Made by a program: the position numbers and the translations under genes
NCBI GenBank assembly: GCA_964549685.1
Contig: CAZJVE010000014.1
Span: 1-31,854 of the forward strand
Direction: 5' to 3'
Source of the DNA: an uncultured archaeon
Lineage (GTDB): Archaea > Altiarchaeota > Altiarchaeia > IMC4 > QMZM01
Length of the DNA stretch: 31,854 nt
Shown: positions 1 through 8,750 of the stretch, one piece after another
How positions within the stretch are numbered: position 1 is the stretch's first letter
Layout of the letters: every line of letters begins with the position of its first letter
The notes under the pieces: generated by a model
Told to the model about the DNA's origin: nothing
Databases searched by the model: none
The model's input: only the letters and a program-made list of their open reading frames with translations

Positions 1-71
1 ATTTATGGCACAAATACCAAACTGGTTTCAAATATCGATATAAAAGCCGAGTAATGAGAATACGCAGATAT

Positions 72-1529
72 CTACTTTCTAAGCTTTAATACAACGGCAG
101 TTACTATCAGCAATATAAGGAGTGCTACAGCGATTGTAAGCATGTTGCTCGAATTCCCTGTTTCCTGTTGGGTTTCAGTTGGGATTGATACCATTGGTGG
201 AATAGTTGTTGTGGAAACCGTTATCTTCCCATCTATTTGTTCAAGTAGAGCAGTACATTCTTCCGGGCTCTCCGTGCATTTCCCGGGTGATATGTCAATT
301 GCCTGCTGGATGGATTCCAGGGCTTTCTCATACTCTCCCCTCGAGAAGAATTCCTCGGCCTCCGAGAAGAGCCGGTGGGATTTATCCTCTTCTATGTAAA
401 TCTCCCTGGGTTTGAAGAGATAGAGAGAATTGTCCAGCGAACCCATGAGGAGCTCGTTGTTTCCGTCCGAGTCCAGATCGGTGACGAGTATATTCATTAC
501 CCTGAGATACGGGCTGAATTCCCACCGTATATTTCCGTCCGTGTCAAAGACGTGCAGGATGTCGGAGCCGGCTATTATCTCCTCGTCGCCGTCCCTGTCA
601 AGGTCTCCTGTTTCGACGACGTTTGTCTGCCTTGTTGCGTTTCTTGACCATATAGGGTTGCCATTGTTGTCCAGAAGATAGACCTTTTCATAGCCTCCTG
701 CGACGACCTCCATGTTGCCGTCCCGGTCTATGTCTGAACCCTTCAGTGCCTCTATCTTTTCACCCTCGAAGGTCCAGATTTCGTTGCCTTCGTTGTTAAC
801 TGCGTAAACTCCGGTTGTTGCACCCACGATGAAGTCAACGCTTCCGTCATTATCAATGTCTGCAATCTCAAGCCCCGTTGTTGAACCGCTAACCCCATAG
901 TTCCAGAGAAGGTTTGAGTCGGAATCGTAGAGGCTAAGGAATTTTCCTGCAGAGATTGCAACCTCGTTTTTCCCATCATGGTTAAAATCATCGATGGAAA
1001 AATCTGGAGTCTCACCTCCGCCGACCTTTTTCTTCCAGAGAATGGTATTGTTCCTGTCAAGAACGTAGATGTTGGCGGAGCGAACGTCCTGTGATGCAAA
1101 TATTATGTCGATAAATCCATCATTATTAAAGTCCCCGGAGCCTATCCGCTCTATAGAGCCCTTTGTGCCTAAGCGGAAGATTTTCTCTCCCTCTTTGTTG
1201 GCAGCATAGAAGGTCCTTCCGGCACCGAAGAACATCTCAGCTTCGCCGTCGTTGTTGATGTCTGCGGAATGTGCTGCCTCGACCCCTACAATCGTCCAGA
1301 GGCCCCACAGCTTTTCTCCATCTTTGTCGAAAAGATATCCATAGCCATCGCTGTAGAATCCCGCAAGAATTTCTTTGTTGCCGTCTTTGTCTATATCAAC
1401 AACGGAGAGGGCTGCATTTCCGCCCTTGGCGTGGTGCTTCCACTCCTGAGTCAGGTAGGCCGTGCATGGTGAAGAGAGACCAACACTCAGGAGGAGGACT
1501 AGTACTGTAACAATCAAATACTGTTTCAT
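72..1529 (-). CDS. Membrane-anchored FG-GAP/VCBS-repeat (beta-propeller) surface protein
   Basis: N-terminal signal peptide (MKQYLIVTVLVLLLSVGLSS) and repeated DxDxDGxxE/D motifs (DIDKDGNKEI, DINNDGEAEM, DFNNDGFIDI, DLDRDGDEEI). A TPR-like helix pair, a Thr-rich linker and a C-terminal TM helix with basic tail follow. ATG at 1529 is preferred over GTG at 1544. Confidence 0.8.
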   Translation of the reverse strand: MKQYLIVTVLVLLLSVGLSSPCTAYLTQEWKHHAKGGNAALSVVDIDKDGNKEILAGFYSDGYGYLFDKDGEKLWGLWTIVGVEAAHSADINNDGEAEMFFGAGRTFYAANKEGEKIFRLGTKGSIERIGSGDFNNDGFIDIIFASQDVRSANIYVLDRNNTILWKKKVGGGETPDFSIDDFNHDGKNEVAISAGKFLSLYDSDSNLLWNYGVSGSTTGLEIADIDNDGSVDFIVGATTGVYAVNNEGNEIWTFEGEKIEALKGSDIDRDGNMEVVAGGYEKVYLLDNNGNPIWSRNATRQTNVVETGDLDRDGDEEIIAGSDILHVFDTDGNIRWEFSPYLRVMNILVTDLDSDGNNELLMGSLDNSLYLFKPREIYIEEDKSHRLFSEAEEFFSRGEYEKALESIQQAIDISPGKCTESPEECTALLEQIDGKITVSTTTIPPMVSIPTETQQETGNSSNMLTIAVALLILLIVTAVVLKLRK

Positions 1530-1562
1530 GGTTGTATTTACCACTGTAGCAAAGCTTAAAAA

Positions 1563-2246
1563 TTACGCTCTGACTATCTCGGGGAGAATCCCCTGAGTCC
1601 CGAGCTCTTTTCCTTTTATTATCAGTGCGCCCTGAATTCCCTGGATGGCTTCTGCGGCTTCGATTCCTTTCTGGATTCCATTGTTGCCTTTGACCTGGTT
1701 CGCTATTGCTGTTGCGGCAGCATCGGCCAGGGGACAGGATTCCGCAACCACCGTCACTGAGTCGGCCTTTCCAAGACTGACAGAATGTCCAACAGAGCCC
1801 GAGCTGGTGCATATTCCAAGGGGGGTTGATTTGGATTTGACTTTTAATGCAAGTTTGTTGGAGAATTCTGAAGACCCGGCATAAATTCCGACCAGTCTCT
1901 CTTTCCTCAGCTGGAGGAATATATCGCCGCCGTTCTCGACTATGGCCTCTGAGGCCCCCCCTTTCAGGAGATGTCTTCCGAGCAGTTCTGAGAAGGTTCC
2001 TGCTACCGAGGCCATGGGACCGACTCCTGCCTTCTCCGAAGCCGATGCCATAATCCTTGCAATCTCCGGGGAATTCTCTCCTGCTTTCAGCGGTTCATAA
2101 GATGAAAGAAAGAACGGTTCTTCCTGCAGGTATCGCTCCAGTTCGTTGTAGAGCCTATCCAGTTCCTGCTGTGCCTTTTCTTTTGTGCCTCTGTCGCAGA
2201 TTATCTCGATGAGAGAATTCTTATGCCTCAGACTGAATTCAATCAT
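1563..2246 (-). CDS. UPF0280 / ApbE-like protein (COG2122, MA1715-like sulfide assimilation protein)
   Basis: Motifs VGPMASVAG, IVENGGDIF, GICTSSGSVGHSVSLG and ADAAATAIAN. ATG at 2246 overlaps the upstream stop (ATGA) and follows a GAGGT SD-like sequence. Confidence 0.88.
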   Translation of the reverse strand: MIEFSLRHKNSLIEIICDRGTKEKAQQELDRLYNELERYLQEEPFFLSSYEPLKAGENSPEIARIMASASEKAGVGPMASVAGTFSELLGRHLLKGGASEAIVENGGDIFLQLRKERLVGIYAGSSEFSNKLALKVKSKSTPLGICTSSGSVGHSVSLGKADSVTVVAESCPLADAAATAIANQVKGNNGIQKGIEAAEAIQGIQGALIIKGKELGTQGILPEIVRA

Positions 2247-2644
2247 GACCTCACTATCTCCAGCGCCCTTAGCGGGCAGGCCTCCACACATACTCCGCAC
2301 CTTATGCACTTGTCGCTATTGACTTTTATGCTGTAGTCGTCCTTGAACGAGATTGCCTTGGTCGGGCAGAGAGCTATGCATGCGCCGCAGTCGACGCATT
2401 TTTCGATGTTGTTTGTGATGTTCTTCTCCAGCTTGCTTACGTCCACTCCCTCCTTCCTGAGGTAATCGACCACCTTTTTCTGCTCTTCCTTGTCGCCCAG
2501 GATGTCCACTATCAGCGTTGCTTCCCCGTAGTCGACATTGGCACGAAGGATGTTCATCATCACCCCGGTCTTGAGCACGGTCTTTGAGATTACCGGTGAG
2601 TCCGCCACCCCCGTGGGATACTTCAGCAGGTATTTTGACGTCAT
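2243..2644 (-). CDS. NIL-domain ferredoxin (MA1822-like), partner of aspartate-semialdehyde sulfurtransferase
   Basis: NIL motif (MNILRANV) and two CxxCxxCxxxCP motifs (CVDCGACIALCP, CIRCGVCVEACP). Overlaps the DUF39 gene by 4 bp. Confidence 0.92.
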   Translation of the reverse strand: MTSKYLLKYPTGVADSPVISKTVLKTGVMMNILRANVDYGEATLIVDILGDKEEQKKVVDYLRKEGVDVSKLEKNITNNIEKCVDCGACIALCPTKAISFKDDYSIKVNSDKCIRCGVCVEACPLRALEIVRS

Positions 2645-4128
2645 TTGGAAACACCCCGGTGGATTATATCTGCCATCGTTATAATGCCTATGACTATGTT
2701 GTCCTCATCAACTACGGGCGTTGAACCGATGCTGTTCTTGTCGAGCCTCCTTGCGACCACGTCTATGGGCTCGTCCTTTCTTGAGGTTATCACTTTCTTT
2801 GTCATTATCTCGGAGAGCTTCTTCTCCCCCTTTGCCAGTGCCTTTGTTATGTCCCAGGTGGTTACTATGCCAACCAGTTTGTTGTCGGAGTCCACTATCG
2901 GGACCTGGTCTATGCCACTCGTAATCAGAATCTTGGATACCTCCTTCAGCGAATCCTTCTGATGGACTGTTTTCACAATCTGAGTCATGATATCGCCAAC
3001 GAACTTTGTCTCTTCCTTCACCTTCATGGGCCTGAATTCGGAATCTCCGGGAAGGTTCGTAATCGGCTTGGAGAGGAAGAATTCCTTGTCTTCAATCCAT
3101 TGCCCCAACGTTTCCATTATCCTGTGGGATACCTTCATGCTGGACTGGGAGCTTGTCCTCACCTTCTTGCCGTTGATGTCCACCTTGCCTGAGAAAAGCT
3201 CCTCGTAGCTTACCTCCTTCACGACGGGTCTCGTTCTCCTCGGAACTCCATAATCAAGGAGGTTGACGGTCAGGTCCTTGTTCCTGATTGCGGTGCTCTT
3301 TGCAACGTCCTCGTTCAGGATGGGAATGGGAATTCCAATCCCGACAAAGAGTGAGGTGCCGTAGTTGGGAATTGTGGCCCCGGCTATGAATTCAGGTGAC
3401 ATTTCCTTCATATCGCCCTGGACGAAGATTGTCCCAAACTGGGTCTTTGGCGAGTGCTGGGTTCCCTCGCTCGTCACATAGCCCTTGGCACCACAGAGGA
3501 ATATCCTGGTTCCAAGGCCAATGGTTTCGTAATTCGGGTCGTTGTTGAGCGGGCTTATCTCCCCTGTTCCGGAGAAATTCACGTTTCCGAAGTTAGGGAG
3601 CAGGGTACCCATATACGTCTGGAGTAGGGTGCCGGTGGAATTTATCGCTGCGTTGTATTTCTGGTAGCAGTTCCTGGGATTCAGGAGCCATGCCTGATTC
3701 ATATCATCCAGGGTTATTGCAGTCTCAACCTTCTTCCGGGGATAGCAGTCGGTCCGGTATGCGGTCGCTCTGAGATTTACCTCTTCGCCCTTCACCAGGT
3801 CTTCTATGACATGCCCTCCCCCATACTCGAAGCCCCTGTCCTCGCTCAGCTGTGTAGCTCCCAGGTAGGCGTCCACTGCCGCAAGGCCCGTATACGCCTC
3901 AACGTTATTGAGCCATATTCTCTGCATCTTTATAGGGGGGTCTGAATGCCCAAAATTCAGCAAAGCGCCGGAAGAGCACATTGCTCCAAAGGTTCCTGTT
4001 GTTACTATATCGACCTCTTTTGCAGCCCGCTTCGGATTTTCATCATAGATTTCCGGCATCTCATCTGCCCTTACGATTACTGCCTCGCCCTTCTTTATCT
4101 TCTCGTTAATCTCCTTGATGGTTTTCAT
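2641..4128 (-). CDS. L-aspartate semialdehyde sulfurtransferase (homocysteine biosynthesis; DUF39 + CBS pair, MA1821-like)
   Basis: KTIKEINEKI...VDIVTTGTFGAMCSSGA, YGGGHVIEDL, TDCYPR and NPRNCYQ motifs, plus C-terminal tandem CBS domains. Confidence 0.92.
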   Translation of the reverse strand: MKTIKEINEKIKKGEAVIVRADEMPEIYDENPKRAAKEVDIVTTGTFGAMCSSGALLNFGHSDPPIKMQRIWLNNVEAYTGLAAVDAYLGATQLSEDRGFEYGGGHVIEDLVKGEEVNLRATAYRTDCYPRKKVETAITLDDMNQAWLLNPRNCYQKYNAAINSTGTLLQTYMGTLLPNFGNVNFSGTGEISPLNNDPNYETIGLGTRIFLCGAKGYVTSEGTQHSPKTQFGTIFVQGDMKEMSPEFIAGATIPNYGTSLFVGIGIPIPILNEDVAKSTAIRNKDLTVNLLDYGVPRRTRPVVKEVSYEELFSGKVDINGKKVRTSSQSSMKVSHRIMETLGQWIEDKEFFLSKPITNLPGDSEFRPMKVKEETKFVGDIMTQIVKTVHQKDSLKEVSKILITSGIDQVPIVDSDNKLVGIVTTWDITKALAKGEKKLSEIMTKKVITSRKDEPIDVVARRLDKNSIGSTPVVDEDNIVIGIITMADIIHRGVSK

Positions 4129-4158
4129 TCTCTTATTTATATTAAATATCTAATATCC

Positions 4159-4183
4159 TTATATAAATAATAAAAGCTTATAA
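4159..4183. promoter_or_regulatory. Divergent TATA boxes for the DUF39 operon (-) and the HTH-CBS gene (+)
   Basis: TTATATAA at 4159-4166 lies about 30 bp from ATG 4128. An A-rich BRE-like tract and TTATAA at 4178-4183 lie about 25 bp from ATG 4208. Confidence 0.6.
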
Positions 4184-4201
4184 TTATGCAAACTTGCATA
4201 A
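4184..4201. promoter_or_regulatory. Palindromic operator candidate TTATGCAA-AC-TTGCATAA
   Basis: Perfect 8-bp inverted repeat between the TATA box and the ATG of an HTH regulator gene. Confidence 0.6.
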
Positions 4202-4207
4202 ATTAAA

Positions 4208-4765
4208 ATGAAACCCCCGGAACTGCACGATATCGAAAGGCTGCGGAAGAAGTTTGGACTGACGCAGGAGGAGCTTGCCAAGAAGGCGGGAATCAGCCAG
4301 TCGTTGGTAGCGAGGGTTGAGTCCGGGCTAGTGGACCCCCGCTATTCCAAGGTCGCGAGAATCTTCGAGGCGCTGGACGAGATGAAGAGCAAGGGTATAA
4401 GAGCAAAGGAATTGATGACTGGAAAGGTGGTCGGAATTCAGGCGGGGGATTCCATGGACAAGGCCGCCAGCGTAATGAAGAGATATGACGTCTCGCAGCT
4501 GCCGGTCCTTAAAGGAAAAAGGCAGGTGGGCTCCATATCGGAGCGGGTTATTCTGGATGAGATAGCAAAAGGGATTGATGTTCATGCGTTATCAGAGAAA
4601 AAGGTCAGCGAATTCATGGAAGCGGCCTTCCCGGTCGTCAGCCTTAACGCCCCCCTTACATCTCTTTCCGTCCTTCTGGAGAACCGTCCCGCAGTTCTGA
4701 TAGTAGATAGGGGGGAAATCAAGGGTGTCGTGAGCAGGGCGGACTTACTTAAAGTCATTCGATAA
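4208..4765 (+). CDS. XRE-family HTH transcriptional regulator with CBS pair (COG3620-like)
   Basis: LRKKFGLTQEELAKKAGISQSLVARVESGLVDPRYS HTH followed by two CBS domains. Confidence 0.92.
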   Translation: MKPPELHDIERLRKKFGLTQEELAKKAGISQSLVARVESGLVDPRYSKVARIFEALDEMKSKGIRAKELMTGKVVGIQAGDSMDKAASVMKRYDVSQLPVLKGKRQVGSISERVILDEIAKGIDVHALSEKKVSEFMEAAFPVVSLNAPLTSLSVLLENRPAVLIVDRGEIKGVVSRADLLKVIR

Positions 4766-4793
4766 TATATAGGGAGCGCAGGGATTCTGAAAA

Positions 4794-6083
4794 ATGAAAC
4801 CAGTTCTTCAACTCGCACTAGATTTTGTGAATCTTGGAAGGGCAATTGAATTGGCGAAGGAGTCCGCAGCCGGGGGAGCGGACTGGCTCGAGGCAGGAAC
4901 TCCTTTGATAAAGTCTGAGGGCCTTAATTCCGTGAGGGGGCTCAGGAAGGAATTCCCCAGGCACAGGATTGTTGCGGACATGAAGACTATTGATACTGGC
5001 AGATACGAGGTCGAGGCTGCAGCAAAGGCCGGAGCTGATGTCGTAATACTTCTCGGAGTTGCTGATGATTCGACGATTAGGGAGGCTGTCGAGGCAGGCA
5101 GAAACTACGGCTGCGAGATTATGGTCGACCTGATGAACGTGAAGGACATGGGGAAGAGGGCAATGCAGCTTGCGGATATCGGAGCCAACTATGTTTGTGT
5201 CCATGTTAGCATAGACCAGCAGATGTCAGGAATGGACCCGATAAGGGAGCTGAAGAAGGTCTCGAAGTCTGTGAAGATTCCGGTTGCCATTGCAGGAGGT
5301 ATAAATTCCGAGACTGCTGCTGATGCTGTAAGGGCGGGGGCTTCGATAATTATCGTTGGCGGGGCCATAACAAAGGCAGAGAACGCAAAGAAAGCGACCC
5401 GGCAGATAAAGAGGGTCATGAGAACAAAAAAAGGGATAAAATCCAAGTTGTATAAGAAACATCTCGAGCCGGAGAAGGTCTTCGTGGAGGTATCCACAAC
5501 GAACATTTCCGATGCAATGCACCGCTGTGGTGACTTGGAGGGAATCCTGCCGATGGCTGGAATTAAGTCCGGGAGGATGGTTGGAAAGGCTGTTACAGTA
5601 AGGACATATCCGGGAGACTGGGCGAAGCCCGTCGAGGCAATAGATATTGCAAAAAAGGGGGACGTGATTGTAATCGATTGCATGGGGGTAGGAAAGGCCG
5701 TCTGGGGAGAGCTGGCATCAAACAGCTGCATGAGGAAGAAGATAGCAGGGGTTGTGATAAACGGCTTCGCAAGGGACACCGAGGACATAGAAGGGATTGA
5801 GTTCCCTGTCTTTGCTATAGGTAAGAGGCCGGCAGCAGGCGAACCGAAGGGTTTTGGTGAAATCAACGTCCCGATAAGAATCTCAGGGGTCGGGATAAGG
5901 CCCGGCGATTACATTGTGGGGGATTCCGACGGCGTTGTAGTAATCCCAAAGGATAAGGCAGTCGAGATAGCAAACAGGGCAATGGATGTGGCTGAAAAGG
6001 AGAACAGGATAAGGCAGGAGATAAGGAAGGGTGGAACCCTTTCAAGCGTTATGGAACTAAGGAAATGGGAAAGAGCAAGATGA
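4794..6083 (+). CDS. hxlA: 3-hexulose-6-phosphate synthase fused to an RraA/HMG-aldolase-like domain
   Basis: HPS barrel motifs LQLALD, EAGTPLIKSEG and ADMKTIDTG. C-terminal NISDAM, AVWGEL and GDYIVGDSDGVVVIP motifs of the RraA family. Confidence 0.88.
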   Translation: MKPVLQLALDFVNLGRAIELAKESAAGGADWLEAGTPLIKSEGLNSVRGLRKEFPRHRIVADMKTIDTGRYEVEAAAKAGADVVILLGVADDSTIREAVEAGRNYGCEIMVDLMNVKDMGKRAMQLADIGANYVCVHVSIDQQMSGMDPIRELKKVSKSVKIPVAIAGGINSETAADAVRAGASIIIVGGAITKAENAKKATRQIKRVMRTKKGIKSKLYKKHLEPEKVFVEVSTTNISDAMHRCGDLEGILPMAGIKSGRMVGKAVTVRTYPGDWAKPVEAIDIAKKGDVIVIDCMGVGKAVWGELASNSCMRKKIAGVVINGFARDTEDIEGIEFPVFAIGKRPAAGEPKGFGEINVPIRISGVGIRPGDYIVGDSDGVVVIPKDKAVEIANRAMDVAEKENRIRQEIRKGGTLSSVMELRKWERAR

Positions 6084-6556
6084 CCGACGTGATTATTTTT
6101 CTGGCCGACATGATAAGCCAGTGGGGCATCTTCGGTCTGCTGCCGGTATCAATAATAGGCTCGACCATCTTTGTGCCCTTTGCGATTGAATTCTTCTTTC
6201 CTGCCCTGCTTGCTTCGGGCGTTGACCCCTATCTGATAGTAATTACGGCAGGGGTTGGCTCAACCCTTGGAACCTTTGTCAATTACTGGCTGGGGCACGC
6301 GGGCTCCAGATATGTAAAGGGAAAGGTCGATGACGAGAAAGTGGAGAAGGCAACAGAGCTAATGAACAGGTACGGGTGGTTCGGTCTCCTGTTCATCATA
6401 ACGATACCGCTGCCCATCCCGGTTGACGGAATAACGATAATCCCGGGAATTGCAAAGATGAATTTCCTCTGGTTTTCAGTGGTCGTGTTCTTTGGAAAGC
6501 TCCTGAAGTATGCGTTTTTTGTAGGCCTACTTAATAGGCTGCTTTTAATGATATAA
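6080..6556 (+). CDS. DedA/VTT (YqaA-like) membrane protein
   Basis: Hydrophobic protein with GSTLGTFVNYWLG, RYGWFGLL and FFGKLLKY. ATG 6080 overlaps the upstream stop. Confidence 0.85.
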   Translation: MTDVIIFLADMISQWGIFGLLPVSIIGSTIFVPFAIEFFFPALLASGVDPYLIVITAGVGSTLGTFVNYWLGHAGSRYVKGKVDDEKVEKATELMNRYGWFGLLFIITIPLPIPVDGITIIPGIAKMNFLWFSVVVFFGKLLKYAFFVGLLNRLLLMI

Positions 6557-6577
6557 TCCAATTCTTGTTAGTATAAA

Positions 6578-7327
6578 ATGTATCCCATTGGTCCAGCAGC
6601 CTACGACAGGGCAATCACCGTGTTTAGCCCTGACGGAAGGCTCTTTCAGGTCGAATATGCGAGAGAAGCCGTAAAGAGAGGAACCACTGCCTGCGGAATC
6701 ACCTATGACGGTGGGGCTATTCTAGCGGTTGATAAGAACATCAGCTCTCCCCTTCTGGTCCCAGATTCGATAGAGAAGATATTCAAGATTGACGGACATA
6801 TCGGAATTGCAACCTCCGGCCTTGTGGCTGATGCGAGAAGGCTGGTGGAGGACGCAAGAATAAAGGCTCAGAGAAACAAACTGGCCTACAATGAGCCGGT
6901 ATCCGTTCCAACCCTGACAAGGGAGATATGTGATATGAAGCAGTTGTATACCCAATACGGGGGCGCAAGGCCCTTTGGCACGGCCCTGCTCATAGCAGGA
7001 GTCAACACCGAGGTATATCTCTTCGAGACGGACCCCTCCGGGGCCTTTACGCAATCTACAGCAACAGCCATAGGAATGGGCAAGCCAGATGTCGAGAAGC
7101 TCTTTCAGGAGAAATGGAGGGAGGGTCTCTCCAGAAAAGAAGCGATAGATTTGGCTTTTAGAAGTCTGAACCTGGTTTCGGAGGAGAAACTAAAGGTTGA
7201 GAATATAGAGATAATAACGATTGACCTGGATGAGGGGTACAGTTCCCTTGATGAGGAGGAGATATCAAGCTCACTAAGCAGGCTGGAGAAGGAATTCGAC
7301 GCCGAGAGGAAGAAGAAGTCCAGCTAA
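6578..7327 (+). CDS. psmA: Proteasome alpha subunit
   Basis: YDRAITVFSPDGRLFQVEYAREAVKRG signature, plus RPFG and TDPSG. Confidence 0.98.
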   Translation: MYPIGPAAYDRAITVFSPDGRLFQVEYAREAVKRGTTACGITYDGGAILAVDKNISSPLLVPDSIEKIFKIDGHIGIATSGLVADARRLVEDARIKAQRNKLAYNEPVSVPTLTREICDMKQLYTQYGGARPFGTALLIAGVNTEVYLFETDPSGAFTQSTATAIGMGKPDVEKLFQEKWREGLSRKEAIDLAFRSLNLVSEEKLKVENIEIITIDLDEGYSSLDEEEISSSLSRLEKEFDAERKKKSS

Positions 7328-7390
7328 TCCATATATCAGACTCAAAATTACTGAATCCACGACATTCTTGTAGGTGGAAGCAGACTGAGA

Positions 7391-8086
7391 ATGGTCAGCA
7401 TTGAGAAAGCCGTAGTTGCTAGGTTAAAGGCGCACGGGGAAAACTTTGAAATACTTGTCGACCCGAAGCTGGCACTAGATTACAAGAACGGTAAGGAGGT
7501 AAACCTCATGGACATGCTGGCCATAGACCAGGTGTTCAAGGACTCCGGCTCTGCTGAGAAGGCATCCGAACATCTCATGACCGATGTGTTCGGGACTACA
7601 AAGATAGAGGACATCGTTGACAAAATCATAAAGAAGGGGGAGATTTCCCTCACCACAGAGCAGCGTAAGGAGATGCTCGATGAGAAAAGGCGGAAGATAG
7701 TATCGATAATTACAAGAAATGCCATAGACCCAAAAACAGGGAATCCGCATCCTCCCGCAAGAATAGAAAAGGCAATGGAGGAAGCAAGGGTCAGCATAAA
7801 CATATTCAAGAGCGCCAAGGAGCAGATTGAGCCCACAGTCAAAGAAATAAGGCCGCTCCTGCCTATAAAGTTCCAGGTCTCGGAGATTGCTGTGAAAATC
7901 CCGGCACAGTATTCAGGCAATGCCTATAATGTCCTGAGGGAGTTTGGAACCGTAAAGAAGGAGGAATGGGACAGAGAGGGTGAGCTCTTGGTGCTCATTG
8001 AGATTCCCGCGGGGCTGAGGGATGAGTTTTACAACCGGCTCAATAACATGACCCATGGAGAGGTCGAGATAAAATTAGTTAAGTGA
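7391..8086 (+). CDS. sdo1: Ribosome maturation factor SBDS/Sdo1
   Basis: GENFEILVDP, LTTEQRKEM and PHPPARIE motifs; canonical position after psmA. Confidence 0.97.
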   Translation: MVSIEKAVVARLKAHGENFEILVDPKLALDYKNGKEVNLMDMLAIDQVFKDSGSAEKASEHLMTDVFGTTKIEDIVDKIIKKGEISLTTEQRKEMLDEKRRKIVSIITRNAIDPKTGNPHPPARIEKAMEEARVSINIFKSAKEQIEPTVKEIRPLLPIKFQVSEIAVKIPAQYSGNAYNVLREFGTVKKEEWDREGELLVLIEIPAGLRDEFYNRLNNMTHGEVEIKLVK

Positions 8087-8090
8087 GATA

Positions 8091-8744
8091 ATGGATGTAA
8101 CAGACAGAGAACTGGTATTCCCGGGAAGAATTCTCGGTGAGGGAATCGGAAGGGGTGGAAATTCCTTCAGAGAAGGGAGGAACGTATTCTCGTCCATTGA
8201 TGGAATGGTGAGGGTGAAGGGTAATGCCGCAAGCGTAATACCATTCAGGGGTGGTTATACTCCAAAGGAGTCCGACGTTATAATCGGCATAGTTTCACAG
8301 GTCCTGAGGGGCAGCTGGCTGGTCGACATAGGTTCGTTCTCCAAGGCCTATATGAGGGGTGAGGAGGCTACGAGAGACGCACTGAACTCTGACCTGAGCA
8401 AATACTTCAAGATAGGGGATTTGATAAGTGCGAAGATATCGGAGGTTAACGAATTAAAGTCCTCGCAGTTGATAAGGCCCTGGAAGCTTGAAGAGGGCCT
8501 TATTATAGATGTTAATCCAAAGAAGATTCCACGCGTTGTTGGAAAGAAGAGGTCCATGCTCAACATGATTAAGGAGAAGACCGGTTGCAAGATAGTGGTC
8601 GGTCAGAACGGCAGGGTGTGGCTGAAAGGCAACAACATAGAGATTGCGATAAAGGCGATAAGGAAGATAGAACGAGAGGCTCAGAGCAGGGGCCTTACGG
8701 ACAGAATCGAGAAATTTCTGTCGGATGAATTACAATCAAGGTGA
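8091..8744 (+). CDS. rrp4: Exosome RNA-binding subunit Rrp4
   Basis: S1 and KH domains (KIPRVVGKKRSM, VVGQNGRVW, GLTDRI); operon context. Confidence 0.95.
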   Translation: MDVTDRELVFPGRILGEGIGRGGNSFREGRNVFSSIDGMVRVKGNAASVIPFRGGYTPKESDVIIGIVSQVLRGSWLVDIGSFSKAYMRGEEATRDALNSDLSKYFKIGDLISAKISEVNELKSSQLIRPWKLEEGLIIDVNPKKIPRVVGKKRSMLNMIKEKTGCKIVVGQNGRVWLKGNNIEIAIKAIRKIEREAQSRGLTDRIEKFLSDELQSR

Positions 8745-8750
8745 TAAAAA

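Noticed and set aside
5189-5866. 225-aa antisense ORF, and similar ones at 21509-22060, 22214-22867, 25444-26016, 29193-29702 and 31321-31845
   Set aside because: All lie opposite well-identified genes and have the Ser/Ile/Phe/Pro-rich composition typical of shadow ORFs.
7328-7390. psmA-SBDS spacer with two CTGA boxes and a weak TCCAC...GTGGA hairpin (possible C/D sRNA)
   Set aside because: There is no properly placed C box (RUGAUGA), and the stem is short and bulged.
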